Counted from the first letter of the stretch, positions 27,612 through 37,001 are shown. The stretch is DNA of 64,000 nt from Puniceicoccales bacterium (GCA_031268795.1 JAIRWT010000008.1:2487-66486); one strand, 5' to 3'. Translations and numbers: made by a program. The notes: generated from the sequence alone by a model not told the origin.

Positions 27612-29015
27612 ATGATGTTCGTCCGGAAACTGATTGGCTTTTCAGGGAAAAGTTTCTATCATTTTTCCATGGAAGTTAGTTTTCGCGGCTCGCCTGTCAT
27701 TTCGCCGTACGTGTCTCTGAATACATTTCCCGCAACCTCCATACCGCGTGATCCAAAGATGATCACCATTTCCAGGGAGCAGGAGATAAATGCCCTCCGG
27801 TGCGGGGAACGGCTAGCAAGTGATCCTGGCCGACGTCGTGCATGGACGGAGCTGGTGGCACTTCCGGCGAGAGATTTTGAAGCAAAATATTCATCCAATG
27901 CTTTTGAGCAATTTGCGTCCGGCTGGGTCATAGTTGGGCAAAAGCCAGGCGGCGTAGAAGGCGGCTGCATTATTCGTCGCATTTGGACCGATGCCGATGA
28001 AAATTTTGAATCCGGCTCCGGCGCCCACGCGGTTGTCATGGAGCTTCACGCAAATGGGCAACTTGGTATGTTTCAGCGTAGGACCGTTGAGGAAAGCTTA
28101 GAGGCGTTACACTGTGCCGATCGAACGGATTCTGCGTTCGAAAGGATCTACGAGGCAGTTCGATATGGCAATGAGTTTGATAAAAGTTTCATGGTAAAAA
28201 TCCTTTTTGGCGAAAATGGCATCCAGGGAGATGTGTATTACTGCCCAAATGCAAGAAATGCCATTCATAAACAGTGGACGGCACGCCATGCGGATGAATT
28301 ACGTAATGCAACTTTGGAAGAATATGTTGCCTTACGCGTAGCCAAAGCGCTTTCCAGTGAAACTGTTCCAGAAGCGCGCCTTGGACAAGTTGATACCGAT
28401 GGCTGGCCGCGTCATTTTGTCATGACGGAAATAGGCGGATGTGGAAGCCGGGGAGAGGTTGTCATCAAAACTGCTAATACGATAGACCAACAAATTAATG
28501 AGCAAAATTTTGATAAGGCCGCTTTCGAGGATGCGTACGCCATCACCATCGGACTGCTTAACGATTGGGATGCCAATGCCGATTCAAACGTTGGGGTAAT
28601 GAGTGCGGATGGACGGGCTAAACGTCCGTTTCTATTTGATTTGGGGCATGCCAGTCCTGCAGAATTATCTTTAGATGCGGAAACGCTGATGCCGCTTTGC
28701 CGGACTAATGGATTAAATATTGATGCGTTTTGGCAGCGTGTATTGCGCATTATTGCAATTTTCATCGGATGCTTTCGATTTAGTGAAGGTAAATTTTTTA
28801 CAAATCCGAACTTCATGACAGCTGAGGATCGTGCGCGGGCATTACAAAATTTAGTCGACAGGCAAGAGTTAATCTTGCGAACCATGGAGGAGTTGGAAGG
28901 ACAATTGCTCCAGGACGAAGATTCTCAACGCACTATACAGAGCGTAAGGACCACGCTAGGAAACCGCCTATCTTACATACAATCAGTGCTCGACAAGCAC
29001 TATGCAACGCGCTAA
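27612..29015 (+). CDS. Hypothetical 467-aa protein; weak atypical-kinase-like motifs only
   Basis: The ATG directly follows the autotransporter TAA (taaatg). ITIGLLNDWDANADSNVGV...FLFDLGHA loosely resembles a catalytic-loop/DFG arrangement. No signal peptide seen. Confidence 0.6.
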   Translation: MMFVRKLIGFSGKSFYHFSMEVSFRGSPVISPYVSLNTFPATSIPRDPKMITISREQEINALRCGERLASDPGRRRAWTELVALPARDFEAKYSSNAFEQFASGWVIVGQKPGGVEGGCIIRRIWTDADENFESGSGAHAVVMELHANGQLGMFQRRTVEESLEALHCADRTDSAFERIYEAVRYGNEFDKSFMVKILFGENGIQGDVYYCPNARNAIHKQWTARHADELRNATLEEYVALRVAKALSSETVPEARLGQVDTDGWPRHFVMTEIGGCGSRGEVVIKTANTIDQQINEQNFDKAAFEDAYAITIGLLNDWDANADSNVGVMSADGRAKRPFLFDLGHASPAELSLDAETLMPLCRTNGLNIDAFWQRVLRIIAIFIGCFRFSEGKFFTNPNFMTAEDRARALQNLVDRQELILRTMEELEGQLLQDEDSQRTIQSVRTTLGNRLSYIQSVLDKHYATR

Positions 29016-29016
29016 A

Positions 29017-29154
29017 ATGCGAATCTCAAAAGTTATGTGAAAAAATTTGAATTTGCGGATTAACGGCTAAAATCTCCGCGCAAATTGTCGAAAACGCGGT
29101 TTGCGGAGATCGAAAACGGGACAAATTTGAGCCAAAAATCCACAGCTCAACACG
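29017..29154 (+). repeat. Intergenic repeat family, copy A
   Basis: Starts with ATGCGAATCTCAAAAGT. By eye about three-quarters identical over ~135 bp to copy B; the core GCGGTTTGCGGAGATCGAAA is identical in both. Confidence 0.8.
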
Positions 29155-29961
29155 TCAACGTGGACGCAAAAGGCCTTTAGCCGTGGAATGCAATTTTAAA
29201 TAAGCTTCCACGCGGTGACTGAGCGTTGCTAGTGGCAATTGGGTTTCGCGATCGCAAAGTGCCGCTGTCGGATTTGGGTGTGTTTCGATAAATAAACCAT
29301 CAATGCCGGCGCCGATCGCGGCGTAAGCAAGCGTATCGGCAAATTCCAAGGTTCCGCCGGTCTCATAGGCTCCCATTCCTGGCAGTTGCAAGCTGTGTGT
29401 GAGATCATAGACGATCGGGCATTTATTCTTGCGCATAATTTGAAAAGATCGCATGTCCACCACCAGGTTGCCGTAACCAAAGGATGTCCCCCGCTCCATT
29501 TGGATAATATCTTGTGCACCAAAGGCGTGTAACTTTTCTACCACATGGCGCATATCCCATGGGGACAAAAATTGCCCCTTTTTTACGGAAACAATTTTCC
29601 CGGTATTTGCTGCCATTCGAAGCATATCCGTTTGCCGGCAAAGGAATGCTGGAATTTGTATAATATCTACAATTTCGCCAACCATTTTTGCCTGGTCCGG
29701 CGCGTGAAAATCCGTGGTAATTGGCAGATTGAAGCGGTTCCGAATCGAGGAAAGAATCTCCAGGCCATGCTCAATTCCTAATCCACGGTAGCTTTTAGCG
29801 GTGGATCGGTTAGCCTTGTCAACGGAAGCTTTGAATACGACGGAAATTTCCGGATGAGCTCCCTGAATTTTTACCAGCTCACCGGCAACGCGGTCGCAAA
29901 CTTCTTGGTTTTCGATGGCACATGGCCCGGCAATGAGAAGAAAATTTTTCAGATTCACCAT
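29155..29961 (-). CDS. kdsA: 3-deoxy-8-phosphooctulonate synthase
   Basis: LIAGPCAIE, VFKASVDKANRSTAKSYRG, QIPAFLCRQTD, THSLQLPG. Confidence 0.92.
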   Translation of the reverse strand: MVNLKNFLLIAGPCAIENQEVCDRVAGELVKIQGAHPEISVVFKASVDKANRSTAKSYRGLGIEHGLEILSSIRNRFNLPITTDFHAPDQAKMVGEIVDIIQIPAFLCRQTDMLRMAANTGKIVSVKKGQFLSPWDMRHVVEKLHAFGAQDIIQMERGTSFGYGNLVVDMRSFQIMRKNKCPIVYDLTHSLQLPGMGAYETGGTLEFADTLAYAAIGAGIDGLFIETHPNPTAALCDRETQLPLATLSHRVEAYLKLHSTAKGLLRPR

Positions 29962-30056
29962 TAATTTTGCCTAAACACCGACGCGAGCGGCGGCAATGGC
30001 GTTCTGACATTCAAATGTCTTGATTCCCCGCATGCAAAACCTAATCAATAAAACGT

Positions 30057-30130
30057 TGCCTGATGGTGTAACGGTAGCACGACAGATTCTGGATCTGTTT
30101 GTCAAGGTTCGAATCCTTGTCGGGCAGCCA
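30057..30130 (+). tRNA. tRNA-Gln (CTG), CCA encoded
   Basis: Acceptor TGCCTGA/TCGGGCA with U1-A72, anticodon arm ACAGA-TTCTGGA-TCTGT, T arm CAAGG-TTCGAAT-CCTTG. Confidence 0.9.
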
Positions 30131-30133
30131 CTT

Positions 30134-30211
30134 CGGGGTGTAGCTCAGTCTGGCTAGAGCGCTTGCTTTGGGAGCAAGAAGTCGCTGGTTCGAGTCCAGT
30201 CACCCCGACCA
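30134..30211 (+). tRNA. tRNA-Pro (TGG), CCA encoded
   Basis: Acceptor CGGGGTG/CACCCCG, anticodon arm CTTGC-TTTGGGA-GCAAG, T loop TTCGAGT. Lies 3 nt after tRNA-Gln. Confidence 0.9.
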
Positions 30212-30232
30212 AGAAAATTTTTATATTCTACG

Positions 30233-30667
30233 GTGATGATCTGGTTTTGGGCAGTGACTACAATTGTTTTTGGCTTTGACCAATGGGCAAAATTCATGGT
30301 CTCTGCATACGCGCAGGAATCTACGCCCATCATAGGATCGTTTCTTCATCTCAGTCGAACAACGAACGATGGAGCTGCCTGGGGAATTCTTTCGGGACAA
30401 CGTCTACTTTTAATAATAATCAATTCCTGTGTTATCGCTGGAATTATTATATTCCGAAAGAAATTAAATCTCAATGTGCGATCGCGCGGGGTGGCGTTTG
30501 GACTTTTGCTTGGTGGAATTTTAGGGAATTTTTTGGACCGATTGCGCTTTGGTGCTGTCATTGATTTCATTGATGTTCGCCTGCCGTTTTACCGGTGGCC
30601 CACATTTAATTTTGCCGATGCGGCCATTTGCATCGGTGTTCTTATTTTGTTGCTAACCGTGGAATAA
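30233..30667 (+). CDS. lspA: Lipoprotein signal peptidase II
   Basis: NDGAAWG, GGILGNFLDR, DFID and FNFADAAI motifs. 4 TM. Confidence 0.85.
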   Translation: MMIWFWAVTTIVFGFDQWAKFMVSAYAQESTPIIGSFLHLSRTTNDGAAWGILSGQRLLLIIINSCVIAGIIIFRKKLNLNVRSRGVAFGLLLGGILGNFLDRLRFGAVIDFIDVRLPFYRWPTFNFADAAICIGVLILLLTVE

Positions 30668-30832
30668 TGAGGAAGATACACGGAAGGAGCGGCTTAAGGT
30701 GTCGCGCGTTGGGATTGATTGTTTTATCCTGATCGCATATTGCAAAATCCGAGGCTTATGGCAACGAGAGCATTTTTGCGATCGGGGTGCGGTCGTTTAT
30801 TGTTGCCTTTCAGTTTCGACGTCTTCATCTGA

Positions 30833-31162
30833 GTGGCGGTGGCTTCATTTTTGATCGCATTATTTTCCGTTGTCTTAGCGCTTATTGGCATTTTTACCGT
30901 TGTACTCGTACTCTTGCAGCAACCGGGGGAAAATGGTGGATTCGGCACGTCACTCGGCGGAAGTGCCCTGGAATCGGCGTTTGGTGGTGATGCGGGAAAT
31001 ATTTTGACGAAGGCAACAATTGTATGCGTAGCCTCTTTTTTTATTATCTCGACCTTATTATCATTGGCGCATATTCATCGGGCGAGAAAGTTTTCGCACG
31101 AGGATGTGTCATTTTCTCCCGCGCACCACTCTACCGTTTCCGGAAATGTCAAAGCCGGTTAA
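30833..31162 (+). CDS. secG: Preprotein translocase subunit SecG
   Basis: TM1, then LLQQPGENGGFGTSLGG..LESAFGG, then TM2. GTG start. Confidence 0.7.
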   Translation: MAVASFLIALFSVVLALIGIFTVVLVLLQQPGENGGFGTSLGGSALESAFGGDAGNILTKATIVCVASFFIISTLLSLAHIHRARKFSHEDVSFSPAHHSTVSGNVKAG

Positions 31163-32511
31163 TCTGAGACCAATGAATTCGAATTGGCAACTTTCCACTG
31201 GCGAAGATTGTTGACGTATGCTTCATTTCCGCCAGTCCATTGCGAAGGATCATCTGAAGCAAAGCAACTTTGGCCACTGTCGTATCGCCCGAAAACAATG
31301 TACATTGGCTCCGTATCCACCGAGCCAACCGGTGCATTTTCTAATTCTGTAAGAACGGCATTAAGGGTGTTGTTAATAGCAAATTTTGCGCATGCGACAG
31401 CATCTTGGCAGTAAAGAGCTTCAGAAACGCCAGTAACGTGTACAGAATGTGCACCAATTCTGACAATCTCTCTGCCAAGATTTGTATAGCCACTGCCTAA
31501 TTTGGGCATATCAGATGCAGTATTTGGCCCAAGCATATGTATCAATGCTTGAAAGCCGCCTTTTCCCCCATGGTCAGCACCTTCATTTGTGAACACTTCA
31601 CCACAGGCAATTTGGCGATGCATAAAAGGTTGAGGAATGGCGATTCCATTATCTCGGAAATGCGTTTCATTTTTTTTAAAATATTCACGACGTTCCTCCT
31701 GATATGCGCGAAACCTTTTAAAGGCATCGGTATTCGTCCATCCGCTTGGTCCATAATGGTCGTAAAATATTCCAGCCGTATTACCGCCGCTAACCAAATT
31801 TGGATTGGCCGCCTCTGTTACAGCATCCCAATCCTTATGCACCCCAGTCGCATTCCCGCTATCGGCTACCAAATCATTACCGCGAATAATTAGAACACGA
31901 ACTGATTTAGTTTTGCCGCCATTCATTTTAACTTGGAAGCAGGCTTTTTGCGTATCGGCGGCCGCGTCATATAATTTTGACAACCAAGTTGTCGACGAAT
32001 GCACGGTTAACGGTGGCATCGGCCTCGAGAATGGCGGATATGCCTCTGGAGTGGCATACTCTGGTTGGTTAGGCGGCGCCGGCACTATCGCTGGGGCAGG
32101 GGATGGTATTTCCGGGCTCGGGTTTACATGCGGCTCTGGGTGCGGCGGCGATTTTGGAATCGGCGGCGGTTGGGGACTTGGTGGCTGTGGCGATGGCTGT
32201 GGCTGGGGACCCGGCATCGGCTTTTTACCAGGCGAATGTTTTTGCGAATTATTTTCTTGTGGACGCGTCCTAATGAGCATGTGGTAGGAAATCATTGTTG
32301 CGCCGAAAATAAAGATGCCAGAGGCAGTGATAAATGCCGGCAATAAAAGTGGCGTCACGGAAAAAAATGCAGCCGGGATGGCGATCAGGCCGAAGCAAAA
32401 CGGCGCCGTGGCAACCGCTCCAACGAGGCCAATTGCTGAAAAAATTATCCCAGTTGTAGGATGATCAAGCCATTGTGCGAGATGTGATGTGCTGCGATGA
32501 ACTGGCTCCAT
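31159..32511 (-). CDS. Membrane-anchored protein with a proline-rich linker and a C-terminal macro-like domain
   Basis: N-terminal hydrophobic block (aa ~21-77). Linker PQPQPSPQPPSPQPPPIPKSPPHPEP.... The C-terminal EAANPNLVSGGNTAGIFYDHYGP, ALIHMLGPN, SVHVTGVSEALY and MYIVFGRYD align with macro-domain motifs ([23 protein letters not shown], VIHxVGP, SIAFPAISTGIYG). Confidence 0.62.
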   Translation of the reverse strand: MEPVHRSTSHLAQWLDHPTTGIIFSAIGLVGAVATAPFCFGLIAIPAAFFSVTPLLLPAFITASGIFIFGATMISYHMLIRTRPQENNSQKHSPGKKPMPGPQPQPSPQPPSPQPPPIPKSPPHPEPHVNPSPEIPSPAPAIVPAPPNQPEYATPEAYPPFSRPMPPLTVHSSTTWLSKLYDAAADTQKACFQVKMNGGKTKSVRVLIIRGNDLVADSGNATGVHKDWDAVTEAANPNLVSGGNTAGIFYDHYGPSGWTNTDAFKRFRAYQEERREYFKKNETHFRDNGIAIPQPFMHRQIACGEVFTNEGADHGGKGGFQALIHMLGPNTASDMPKLGSGYTNLGREIVRIGAHSVHVTGVSEALYCQDAVACAKFAINNTLNAVLTELENAPVGSVDTEPMYIVFGRYDSGQSCFASDDPSQWTGGNEAYVNNLRQWKVANSNSLVSD

Positions 32512-32574
32512 ATTATGGATGTAATGTAATTAATCTTTCAGTAAAACACAAAACTTTTCCGATGGGCCGAATTC

Positions 32575-33492
32575 TTATCCGAAAATGGCTTTCTGTGCCG
32601 TGCTAAAATGCAATTTCGCATAGTCGCCGAGTTTATCGACGCCAAAACGTGCCACCAAACGTTTGGCCTGTTCTTCCACGTGTGCATTTGCCCCGCGCAG
32701 TAGCTCCTCTCCCACAATTTCCGAGAGTTTTTCCATGGCTCGCAAATACGCCGCACGTGCGACGATGGAAGCGGCGGCAACGACGGGATCATCCTCCGCC
32801 CGCGGCCGCATGGTGATGGAAAGTGTGGTGTCGTTCGTAAAAAATCGTTGCACAAGGGGCGCCGTGGAAAATTGATCCAACAGCGCCTTTCCGACGGGGT
32901 TCCGTTCGCGCGCATTTTGAAGGCTCTTGGAGTGGTACCAGGCCAGAAGACGGTTGAGATTGTTGCCAAATCTTAAATATAGATCATTGTATTTGCGCAC
33001 ATTGAGCGTAAACACCTCAACAACGGCGCCAGAGGAAGATATGATTTTGTCGGCAATGGCGAAAATCTGTTGCTTTGAATGAATTGTTTTGGAATCGCGC
33101 ACACCGCCCTTGAGCCATTCTTTCACTACCTCTCCCCCACCGATAACGCAGGCGGACACCAGTGGGCCAAAGAGATCCCCTTTTCCCGATTCATCCAAGC
33201 CGGCGTGTTCCTCGAACCATTCCGGATGTCGCTGTTCATCATATCCCAAGACAATTTTTTGTAAAATTTCCGGCTCCAGAGTAAATTGAACGAATTCCTT
33301 GGTGCCACTTCCCTGCACAACCATTTTTCCAGACAAGTATACGACCACATTCACACCGGTACCATTGTATGCGTAGCGTGCGTACGGAACGATCTTCGGT
33401 TCCCAATGTTGTATTTCCAATATATTACGCAGTTTTTCCGCCTGCTCCGTCGTCAACCGCCCACTATAGCAGGTTACCGCAACATCCCCCAT
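32575..33492 (-). CDS. rnhC: Ribonuclease HIII
   Basis: N-terminal TBP-like domain, then GLDESGKGDLFGPLV, DSK and AASIVARA motifs. 305 aa. Confidence 0.85.
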   Translation of the reverse strand: MGDVAVTCYSGRLTTEQAEKLRNILEIQHWEPKIVPYARYAYNGTGVNVVVYLSGKMVVQGSGTKEFVQFTLEPEILQKIVLGYDEQRHPEWFEEHAGLDESGKGDLFGPLVSACVIGGGEVVKEWLKGGVRDSKTIHSKQQIFAIADKIISSSGAVVEVFTLNVRKYNDLYLRFGNNLNRLLAWYHSKSLQNARERNPVGKALLDQFSTAPLVQRFFTNDTTLSITMRPRAEDDPVVAAASIVARAAYLRAMEKLSEIVGEELLRGANAHVEEQAKRLVARFGVDKLGDYAKLHFSTAQKAIFG

Positions 33493-33538
33493 CTGCGGGG
33501 GTTATGGGCGCTACGCCATTGAATGGCAACGAATAACA

Positions 33539-33712
33539 GTGCGAATCGCAAAAGTCATTCGAAAAAATCTGATTCCACAGACTGACAGCTAAAATCCAGG
33601 CGTAAGTTGCTGAAAATGCGGTTTGCGGAGATCGAAACCAGGACAATTTTGAACCAAAAAATCCACGATCTGGCACGCCACTGAAGCGATGGAGGACTTT
33701 TGAGATTCGCAT
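33539..33712 (+). repeat. Intergenic repeat family, copy B (full length, with 17-bp terminal inverted repeats)
   Basis: Left end GTGCGAATCGCAAAAGT (33539-33555). Right end ACTTTTGAGATTCGCAT (33696-33712), which is the reverse complement of ATGCGAATCTCAAAAGT. Confidence 0.8.
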
Positions 33713-34080
33713 TGCAGCTGTTGGAAACAAGGCAATTGGTGGATGAAGTTGATGCGCTGGGAACGGCGTGGAAATTATCAAGCCGCTCCGTGCAAAAACT
33801 TAAGACGGCAAATCACGGGCAAATTTGGCACGAGAAAGCAGATTTTTAAGCCACGGTTGATAAATTAAATTTTCAAGAATGCCAGGCGGAGGTTTTTCGG
33901 GAAAGTAAATTTTAAACCCAGGTAGATAAACTTGGATTCTTGAGTTTGCCAATCGGGGTTTTAAAATGGTTTTTTCACGTTAGAAATTGTTGCAATCGAG
34001 AATTATCGTCGAAAAGCACTTAAAATTCGCCAGGAGCACCCTTGCCAGAGGCGCACAAGTCGTTAGATACATCTACGGAG

Positions 34081-34734
34081 ATGGGAAATGGAATTTTTAT
34101 TACATTTGAGGGCTCCGAAGGAGCCGGAAAGTCCACGCAAGTGCGCCTGCTAACCGAACACCTTCGCAAGACCGGCCTCCCCGTGCTTACCCTCCGCGAA
34201 CCGGGCGGCACGGAGTTGGGCGAAGAAATCCGTACGCTCGTTCGCCGAGTCGATTTCGCCGAAGCACCATGTGCCGAAGCAGAATTATTACTTTTCCTCG
34301 CCAGCCGTGCGCAATTGGTTCGAGAAGAAATTCTTCCAGCCCTTCACAATGGAATGGTTGTTATTTGTGACCGCTATTGCGATTCAAGCATCGCCTATCA
34401 AGGCGCGGCACGTTCGCTTTCGTTAGAACAAATTGGCTCCATCAATGCCTTCGCCATAGGCAAGTGTGTCCCAGACATTACATTTTTGTTGGATTTGGAT
34501 CCATTGGAAGGCCTGCGGCGCATCCGCCTGCGCCATGGGAGTGAGGCGGATGACCGCATGGAGCGGGAATCGGTGGCGTTTTTTGAAAAAGTTCGCAACG
34601 GCTATCGAAAGCTTGCGCAAGTGGAGCCAGCCAGGTTCGTGATCCTTGATGCCCATAAACCAGTTGAAATGGTTCATGAAAAAATATACGATTTACTTTG
34701 CCAGCGCTTCGGCACCACATTTAAAAATCATTGA
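34081..34734 (+). CDS. tmk: Thymidylate kinase
   Basis: FITFEGSEGAGKSTQ P-loop, DRYCDSSIAYQG. Start at ATG 34081; the track ORF starts at TTG 34042. Confidence 0.9.
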   Translation: MGNGIFITFEGSEGAGKSTQVRLLTEHLRKTGLPVLTLREPGGTELGEEIRTLVRRVDFAEAPCAEAELLLFLASRAQLVREEILPALHNGMVVICDRYCDSSIAYQGAARSLSLEQIGSINAFAIGKCVPDITFLLDLDPLEGLRRIRLRHGSEADDRMERESVAFFEKVRNGYRKLAQVEPARFVILDAHKPVEMVHEKIYDLLCQRFGTTFKNH

Positions 34735-34772
34735 CGGGGCGCTGTGGGTTCTTTATAAAAGGCAATAAGGTT

Positions 34773-35519
34773 ATGAACAATCATCATTCTTCAAATCCGG
34801 CATTTAGGGAGGGTGCATTTCGCACGGTTATCGGGAGTTCCTCCGGTGGAGCAATGACGGCCGCTGGCACCTACAACAAGACGGGATTTCTGCTGGCGCT
34901 TGCCACTGGGGCCGCCGCATTTTCATGGATCTATCCATTCGCCGATGTGCAATCCCTTGGGGCAAAAATGGCCATTTTCATGGTTGTTGCCATAATCTTG
35001 GCATTCGTGACCATGTTCAAAAAGGAATGGTCTCCCTATACGGCACCGGCCTACGCCGTCGCGGAGGGCTTGGTTCTGGGGAGTTTGTCTCGTCTCTTTA
35101 ATCTGATGTATCCAGGTATCGTCATGCAAGCGGTGGCGTTGACCTTCGGAATCTTTGCTGGCATGCTCTGTCTTTACCGCTTCCGCGTCATCCAAATGAC
35201 CGATAAGTTGCGCGTTGGTATTTGTGCGGCAACCGTGGGCGTCATGGCCGTTTACCTGGTTAGCATGCTGGTACATTGGATTACCGGTGCCGGCCTTGGT
35301 TTCATTTCGCAAGCAACGCCTTTCGGGATTATTTTCAGCATTGCCATCGTCGTCATCGCCACACTAAACTTGCTATTGGATTTTGACTTCATTGATCAAA
35401 TTTCCTACTATGGCGCTCCAAAATACATGGAATGGTATGCCGCGTTTGGCCTGGTGATGACGCTTGTTTGGCTCTATGTGGAAATTCTCCATTTGCTTGC
35501 AAAATTGCGCAGGGACTAA
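34773..35519 (+). CDS. Bax inhibitor-1/YccA family membrane protein
   Basis: About 7 TM and 248 aa. N-terminal NPAF...F, and a charged C-terminal end typical of the BI-1 family. Confidence 0.75.
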   Translation: MNNHHSSNPAFREGAFRTVIGSSSGGAMTAAGTYNKTGFLLALATGAAAFSWIYPFADVQSLGAKMAIFMVVAIILAFVTMFKKEWSPYTAPAYAVAEGLVLGSLSRLFNLMYPGIVMQAVALTFGIFAGMLCLYRFRVIQMTDKLRVGICAATVGVMAVYLVSMLVHWITGAGLGFISQATPFGIIFSIAIVVIATLNLLLDFDFIDQISYYGAPKYMEWYAAFGLVMTLVWLYVEILHLLAKLRRD

Positions 35520-35531
35520 TTCATTGGCGCG

Positions 35532-36743
35532 ATGGTCGCTTACGATCCGGCGGCATTACGCGAACAATTTCCATTTTTTATTCACCATCCAGACTGTATT
35601 CATTTGGATAATGCGGCCACCACCCAACGACTTGCTTCTGTGGTGGATCGGCTTGTTCAATTTTATTACAAAGAAAATTCCAATGTGCACCGGAGCGCAC
35701 ACGCCCAGGGTGAGAGTGCGACCTTGGCCTATGAGTTAGCCCGTGGGACCGTTGCCGAATATCTTAATGCGCGTCATGTGGAGGAAATCATATTTACCAG
35801 CGGAACCACGGATTCGCTCAACACCGTTGCTTCCGGATTGGATGAGCAAATTCGCAGCGGCGATGAAATCCTAATTACCGCATTGGAACATCATTCCAAT
35901 ATTTTACCATGGAAAGCGTTAGCAGATCGCCGTGGCGCAAAATTATATATCTCCGGGCTTACGCCAATCGGCGAGCTGGACATGGTGGATTTTACCCGAA
36001 AGCTTTCCACTCGGACGAAGATAGTTGCCGTAGCCCATGTTTCTAACGTGCTCGGTACCATCAATCCAATCGAAAATATTGTGCAACTCGCCCGGTCGGT
36101 TGGCGCATTAACGGTTGTCGATGGAGCCCAATGGCTATCCGCGGGGCCGATCGACGTTCAATCATTGGGTTGCGATTTTTATGCCTTTTCCGCGCATAAA
36201 ATTTTTGGCCCGATGGGGGTTGGCGTCCTTTATGGGCGGAAGGAAATTATAGAGAAATTATCCCCTTTTCGTCTCGGAGGGGGAATGGTACAAAAGGTAA
36301 CGGCCGAAGAAGTTATTTATCGCGGCCCACCGGATCGCTTCGAGGGTGGTACCCCACATGTGGCCGGGGTGGTTACATTGCCTGGCGTCATTGAATTTCT
36401 CAAGTCCATTGATTGGGCCAAATACCGAGTCCACGAATACGAAATTCGTTCCATCGTAGAAAAAAGCGTGTATAAAATTCCCGGCCTTCGCCTGATTGGT
36501 ACCGCTGCGGAAAAGGTTGGTATCTATGCATTTGCCCATCAAACTATCCATGCCCACGACCTCGCCTCTCTACTTGCTTGTCAAAATATCTGCGTTCGTG
36601 CCGGAAATCACTGCGCTCAATTGCTTTTACCTTATTTCCAAATTTCCCAATCCATGCGAGTTTCTTTTACACTTTACAATACTATCGATGAAGCCTCCGC
36701 GCTAATGGAAGCCATCGCAAAGTGTATTCGCCAAATCGGCTAA
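35532..36743 (+). CDS. sufS: Cysteine desulfurase, group II (SufS/CsdA-like)
   Basis: LDNAATTQ, HHSNILPW, FSAHKIFGPMGVGVLYG (PLP lysine), RAGNHCAQ (active-site Cys). No sufBCD genes adjacent. Confidence 0.88.
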   Translation: MVAYDPAALREQFPFFIHHPDCIHLDNAATTQRLASVVDRLVQFYYKENSNVHRSAHAQGESATLAYELARGTVAEYLNARHVEEIIFTSGTTDSLNTVASGLDEQIRSGDEILITALEHHSNILPWKALADRRGAKLYISGLTPIGELDMVDFTRKLSTRTKIVAVAHVSNVLGTINPIENIVQLARSVGALTVVDGAQWLSAGPIDVQSLGCDFYAFSAHKIFGPMGVGVLYGRKEIIEKLSPFRLGGGMVQKVTAEEVIYRGPPDRFEGGTPHVAGVVTLPGVIEFLKSIDWAKYRVHEYEIRSIVEKSVYKIPGLRLIGTAAEKVGIYAFAHQTIHAHDLASLLACQNICVRAGNHCAQLLLPYFQISQSMRVSFTLYNTIDEASALMEAIAKCIRQIG

Positions 36744-36915
36744 ATGGCCTAATGAAATTTCAAAGCGGCATGATATTTGTGCAATTAAGCGAACGGATCG
36801 GCAGTCCTTTTCTTTACAAAAATTATCTGATTTTCTGCCGTTACCGACGGGAAATGGCGTGCAACATAGGAAAAACGCTTGATGAGATACGGAAAATGGG
36901 TTCCCGTTGAGTTCT

Positions 36916-37001
36916 GCCCGGGTGGCGGAACGGTAGACTCAGAGGACTTAAAATCCTCTGACCGCAAGGTCGTAGGAGTTCGAGTCTCCTCCCGGGCACC
37001 A
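36916..37001 (+). tRNA. tRNA-Leu (TAA), long variable arm, CCA encoded
   Basis: Acceptor GCCCGGG/CCCGGGC, anticodon arm GAGGA-CTTAAAA-TCCTC, variable arm GACCGCAAGGTC, T loop TTCGAGT. Confidence 0.9.

Noticed and set aside
31805-32346. Plus-strand Gly/Trp/Cys-rich ORFs (160 and 93 aa)
   Set aside because: They are antisense to the proline-rich linker of the macro-domain gene (CCN codons read as GGN).
33826-33840. TGGCACGAGAAAGCA upstream of tmk as a sigma-54 promoter
   Set aside because: The GG and GC are separated by 9 nt rather than the required 10, and the -12 element is AGCA rather than TTGC.
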